Both the position numbers and the translations under genes were made by a program. A DNA stretch of 64,000 bases from Leptolyngbyaceae cyanobacterium (GTDB lineage: Bacteria > Cyanobacteriota > Cyanobacteriia > Phormidesmidales > Phormidesmidaceae), in NCBI GenBank assembly GCA_965263355.1, contig CBDHHL010000056.1:832001-896000 (forward strand), read 5' to 3'. Positions 62,301-64,000 of this stretch are shown here, piece after piece. Each line of letters starts with the position of its first letter. Position 1 is the stretch's first letter. The notes beneath the pieces were generated by a model. It was not told the DNA's origin and did not search any database. It was given only the letters and a program-made list of their open reading frames with translations.

Positions 62301-63807
62301 CTGCATACGTTAGATGCTCCTGGCCAAATTCTATCGCTAACTTATCAGGTGTTCGCTTTACTTGAGATTCAAACAATTCATGGACACACAGCCTTTCGGG
62401 ATAAATTTGCGCCGTGTTATTCCAGTCCACCAATAGCTGATGCCGTTCTGCTTGAGTCAGTAATGGCATCTCTCCCACAGGCAACTGCGGTGTTTCTAGA
62501 ACCGCTTCCAATAACATCGAAAAATGGTTCACCATACGGCGAACAGTCTCTGCCTTAAACAAATCAACGTTATATTCCCAAATCCCTGTTAACCCCTCTG
62601 GGGTTTCTTGCATCGTCAAAGTCAGATCAAACTTCGATGTGGTCTCTTCAAATTCAAGAGGAGATAGGGTTAGCCCCGGCAGCTCAAGATTACCTTCAGG
62701 TGCATTTTGCAGGACAAACATGACCTGAACCAAAGGACTGTAACTCGGTGAACGCTCCACATTCAGAGCATCCACAACATGAGAGAAGGGCAAATCCTGA
62801 TGCACATAAGCATCAAGGGTCATCTGACGAACCTGGCGCAAAAGCTCTTCAAACGTTGAGTTCTCATCAATTTGTAGCCGTAGCGCTAAAGTATTCGCAA
62901 AAAAGCCGATGAGAGATTCAAATTCCTTCCGAGTACGGTTTGCAATCGGAGAACCAATCACCATATCTTTCTGGCCACTGTAACGGCATAGCAGAGTACC
63001 GAATACAGCAAGCAGTAACATAAACAGAGTAGTCTTCTGTTGTTGAGCCAACTGTTTTAAGCGTTGGCTCAAATCCATCCCCAGATTAAACGTAACAGTC
63101 TGCCCCTGGCCTGTTTGCACTGCAGGGCGAGGGTGATCGGTTGGTAGCTCAAGTAAAGTAGGAGCCTCAGTCAACTGGTTGGTCCAATAGTTTAATAATT
63201 TGTCAAGGGTCGGTCCTAATAAAAGTTCTCGCTGCCAATCAGCAAAGTCGCCATATTGAATGGCTAATTCTGGCAAAGTCGGTAATTTGCCTTGGCAGTA
63301 AGCTGGATAAAGAACAGAGATTTCCTTCACCATTACGCCAGTTGACCAAGCATCGGCGATAATATGATGTAACGTGAGCAAGAGTACGTGTTCAGTTGGC
63401 TCTAGACGCAGCAACTGAACTCGCACCAAATACGACTGACCCAAGTCAAAACCAGTCGTTTCCTCTTCCATCGCCCGTCGCTTCACTTCAGTGGCGGCAG
63501 CAGCTGGTTCTAGAGAACTCAAATCAATCAGTGGAAAATCTAACCAGGCTGTGGGAGAAATAACCTGAACCGCGACATTATCAATAACTTCAATGGTTGT
63601 CCGTAGAACTTCATGACGTTCTTGAATGGTCTGGATAGACTGCCTCAAAGCCTCAACATTCAGCTCGCCCTGCAGACGAATTACGGAAGAAATATTGTAG
63701 GCTGCACTCTCTGGATCCATTTGGTAAAGAATCCAGAGACGCTCCTGGGTATACGATAGCGGGTAAATAAAAATTTCTTCCGATAGGGGCGAGACTGTCA
63801 TGACCAA
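53338..63807 (-). CDS. Trimodular NRPS C-A-T-C-A-T-C-A-T-TE
   Basis: C motifs HHIIADAWS, HHIVSDAWS, HHIVADEWS; three YTSGSTGQPKG A domains; T motifs GGNSL, GGHSL, GGHSL; TE GWCLGG...GDH; in-frame ATG at 63801. Confidence 0.97.
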   Translation of the reverse strand: MVMTVSPLSEEIFIYPLSYTQERLWILYQMDPESAAYNISSVIRLQGELNVEALRQSIQTIQERHEVLRTTIEVIDNVAVQVISPTAWLDFPLIDLSSLEPAAAATEVKRRAMEEETTGFDLGQSYLVRVQLLRLEPTEHVLLLTLHHIIADAWSTGVMVKEISVLYPAYCQGKLPTLPELAIQYGDFADWQRELLLGPTLDKLLNYWTNQLTEAPTLLELPTDHPRPAVQTGQGQTVTFNLGMDLSQRLKQLAQQQKTTLFMLLLAVFGTLLCRYSGQKDMVIGSPIANRTRKEFESLIGFFANTLALRLQIDENSTFEELLRQVRQMTLDAYVHQDLPFSHVVDALNVERSPSYSPLVQVMFVLQNAPEGNLELPGLTLSPLEFEETTSKFDLTLTMQETPEGLTGIWEYNVDLFKAETVRRMVNHFSMLLEAVLETPQLPVGEMPLLTQAERHQLLVDWNNTAQIYPERLCVHELFESQVKRTPDKLAIEFGQEHLTYAELNSLANQLAHHLRGLGVGPDVLVGISIERSLNMMVGIFGILKAGGAYVPLDPTYPRERSAYILSDSAVSVLVTQESLVAGLPDHQSQVVCLDTDWAAIAAQPTNNPTSGVSLENLVYIIYTSGSTGQPKGVMTPHGALLEISQSLRTEYGINENDRILQFASISFDASAEEIYTGLTCGATLILRTDEFLTSGPGLMQACQQWQLSILDLPTAYWHQLVDELALAVWEIPKLLRLVILGGEKARLEHVRRWHKTIADRWSQNGLDRPLLVNNYGPTEVTIVATSCFLTPPDSDTTQAQEISIGKPIRNVQVYLLNSQLQPVPIGVTGEIHVGGAGLARGYLNRPDITAERFIDNPFDSGRLYKTGDLARYLPDGNLEFLGRIDNQVKIRGFRIELGEIEAAVSAYPRIQQSVAIVREDTPGNQRLVAYFVSSDEQINPNDLRNFLKVQLPNYMMPSAFVQLDGLPLTPNGKVDQRALPLPPTQLENDVSFVAPSNPTEQTTADIFANVLGFDAVSIQQNFFELGGNSLLATQAISRLRQAFQLEIPLRTLFEAPTVMELSLLIDEVLTEELVETAPPIVPIPRDADTPVPLSWAQERLWFLNQLEGPSTTYNMSTALQVQGPLDVDSLNQAFEEIIQRHEVLRTCFQSEDSASPIQVILPTVPFQLQFVDLQGVSPTELETRLQQQITEENQTPFDLSAPPLIRVRLVQQAPEAYLLLIIRHHIVSDAWSDEIIIRELQTLYRAFAQGQPSPLPPLTIQYADFAQWQRQWLRDEVLQQQLDYWRDYLADLPPLLELPTDHPRPAVQTYRGQTYQFTLAQELIQPFKQLAESTGATPFMVMLATFSLLLHRYSGQEDIAVGTPIANRNRTEVEQLIGFFVNTLVLRSQFSNNLSFLDILEQIRQGALGSYGHQDVPFEQVVEALRPERNLSYSPLFQVMFDWESAANRSMDVLGLTMNFVHTNDVTSKFDLTLTMVEEDAKIVGIWEYNTDLFEQATIIRLTQHFETLLAGILANPTANISQFPLLTDAERQQFISWNDTTLSYSPTEGIHQLFEQQVERTPEAIALVSGERTLTYQQLNQQANQLAHELQSVGVGPDAMVGICLERSPDLLISVLAVLKAGGAYLPLESSYPKERIAYMLENAGVTVLISQRSCLDALPASVTHANAPVLLIDDNQQRLEHPAENLSLSTTKDNLAYVIYTSGSTGQPKGVAVAHRSLVNAYFAWEAAYHLREQTSSHLQMASFSFDVFTGDWVRALCSGAKLVLCPREILLESALLYQLMCREAVDCAEFVPAVFRELVSYLDTTEQTLDFMTVLVVASDFWLMGEYQRFRQICGPQTRLINSYGVTEATIDSCYFEAPGDTAMAWPQDMAVPIGRPFSNIQLHVLDQRAQPVPLGVVGELHIGGAGLARGYLHRDDLTAERFIPNPFGEGRLYKTGDLACYRADGNIEFLGRSDNQVKIRGFRIELGELEAVLLGHPQVSGAIVVARDDQPGSSYLAAYVVPTEPALSAKDLRQFLKQTLPAHMVPSAFTFLEKLPLTPNGKVDRRALPTPTVDVSQTADMVVPRTPIEQAIADSFAIVLSQDTQAPLVGAYDSFFELGGHSLLATQVVSRLRQTFQTEIPLRALFEAPTPAELATLIHDTLTGDQEQVAPPIVPIPHVADQPLPLSWAQERLWFLDQLEGPNSTYNMPLAIQLQGPLDIPSLGQALDELVQRHEILRTYFRNHGGTPMQWIEPAVSLDLELVDLQTVEVNEQTRRIQQQLAENAHTPFDLAKAPLLRTVLLKVAAEDHILLATMHHIVADEWSMGILIQELTTLYSAFTQGQSSPLPGLTLQYRDFAHWQRQWLQGDVLQRQLAYWQDYLTDAPALLELPTDYPRPAQQTYRGQQQTFVLSPELCPQLKRLAQTTGTTLFMVLFAAFSLLLHRYSGQDDIVVGTPIANRNRSEIEGLIGFFVNTLALRSQLTDSLTFTDLLEQVRQSALGGYSHQDVPFEQVVEAVQPDRNLSHSPLFQVMFDWHSSSNAALELPGLTMTTLEPETVTAMFDLTLTMTESEAGIEGIWEYSTDLFKPDTIERLTRHFQILLAGILAQPQLQVTQLPLLSQAERQQVLVSWNDTQVTYAQDLCIHQLFEQQVERQPDAIAVVFNGDTLTYQALNAQANQLAHTLQAQGVGSDTLVGIYLERSPALLVSLLAILKVGAAYLPLDIRYPQERIAYMLQDAAVSVLITQKSGLDRLPQQDAQVICLDTHQDIVHAPVGNPVAPVAQDSRAYVIYTSGSTGQPKGVAVAHRSLVNAYFAWEDAYQLKQRTSSHLQMASFSFDVFTGDWVRALCSGAKLVLCPREILLDAEQLYSLICREAVDCAEFVPAVFRQLANYLENSHQNLNFMRVLVVGSDFWSMAEYQKFRRICGEQTRLINSYGVTEATIDSCYFELQGDDNAADVAVPIGRPFANTQLYVLDPAMQPVPVGVTGDLYIGGAGLSLGYLHRPQLTAEKFIRNPFGPGRLYCTGDLARYQADGNVEFLGRRDQQVKLRGFRIELGELEATLQKHPQVREAIAIVRADDPSNKQLVVYVVTSNEDISPISLREFLKEQLPDYMVPNAFVYLDALPLTPNGKINRKALPAPEYQPPSDRLFVAPRNHLELQLSQIWSEVLKVESIGIVDDFFDLGGHSLLAVSLMSRIHEKLGHTLPLVTLFQGATIEQQAMLLQQTIQQGSEPPTWSPLTPLQPQGTLPPLFLIHPGGGSVLNYQKLVSYLGQDRPIYGLEARGFEPGQPADNSIETMAKDYLQVIKTVQPEGPYHLAGWCLGGTIAWEMAQQLTRNGEQPPRLIFMDVNSLMAVDQIPDATDLLAELVGRHLALPSDELNGLNRHLRTMSWEDQLTYIISEAERRNISLSPGFGVEQLNCIVQVQTGHEQAAQTYVPQPYSGELVLLQAKDGVANQADDPTLGWHDLAQQVTFDWVPGDHMSMMRDPQHVKVLAQQLQAYLN

Positions 63808-63837
63808 CCTTTACATTAAAATGAGTTAAAAACTAAG

Positions 63838-63999
63838 TTAAATTTGAGCTTCGAGCACCATTTCGGGATTTGAACTTTCAATATCAATTGAATTTACTGA
63901 GGCAAATTCCTGAGCGAGAAGTGTCAATGGATCTAGAAAACTGCGTCGTTGGCCATCACCGTTTTGAGAGAATATCCCATGGTCAGCAAATCGGCTTAG
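63838..63999 (-). CDS. 3' end of an upstream co-oriented gene (partial)
   Basis: Open frame from the window edge: LSRFADHGIFSQNGDGQRRSFLDPLTLLAQEFASVNSIDIESSNPEMVLEAQI*, ending ~30 nt before the NRPS. Confidence 0.6.
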   Translation of the reverse strand, partial: LSRFADHGIFSQNGDGQRRSFLDPLTLLAQEFASVNSIDIESSNPEMVLEAQI

Positions 64000-64000
64000 C

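Noticed and set aside
46246..63807. Cluster as a classical hydroxamate siderophore pathway
   Set aside because: No ornithine N-monooxygenase, formyltransferase, TonB receptor or Fur box in the window; not excluded, because the cluster continues past the edge

Overview
Cyanobacterial chromosome segment, probably from a filamentous motile lineage: at least 18 HIP1 GCGATCGC octamers, an hmp/pil chemotaxis cluster, xisHI and an SLH-OprB porin. 1-11.2 kb is the type IV pilus/gliding chemosensory locus (PatA-type regulator, CheY, CheW, MCP, a CheA running off the left edge and missing from the ORF track, and divergent hmpF). 11-28 kb is mostly core genes (hpf/lrtA, lipB, ssb, NTP-transferase/phosphomutase-like fusion, PP2C phosphatase, argH, ComFB-domain protein, SDR, TPR protein, xisHI). 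28-46 kb is accessory: a GT4 glycosyltransferase, a FIST(NosP-like)/kinase/kinase operon, a Rieske oxygenase, a DOPA dioxygenase, a porin and a TetR-linked redox-stress island containing a glutaredoxin remnant. 46-64 kb is the 3' part of a biosynthetic cluster I do not recognise. Its trimodular NRPS has A-domain codes reading basic residue (Lys/Arg-like), Orn-like, Orn, and its thioesterase has a cysteine nucleophile (GWCLG). It is followed by two JmjC dioxygenases, an OafA-type acyltransferase, an MFS exporter and an MBL-fold protein. This cluster is the best candidate for an undescribed system. I saw no tRNA, rRNA, CRISPR array or transposase. All calls come from reading the sequence by eye; no searches were run.
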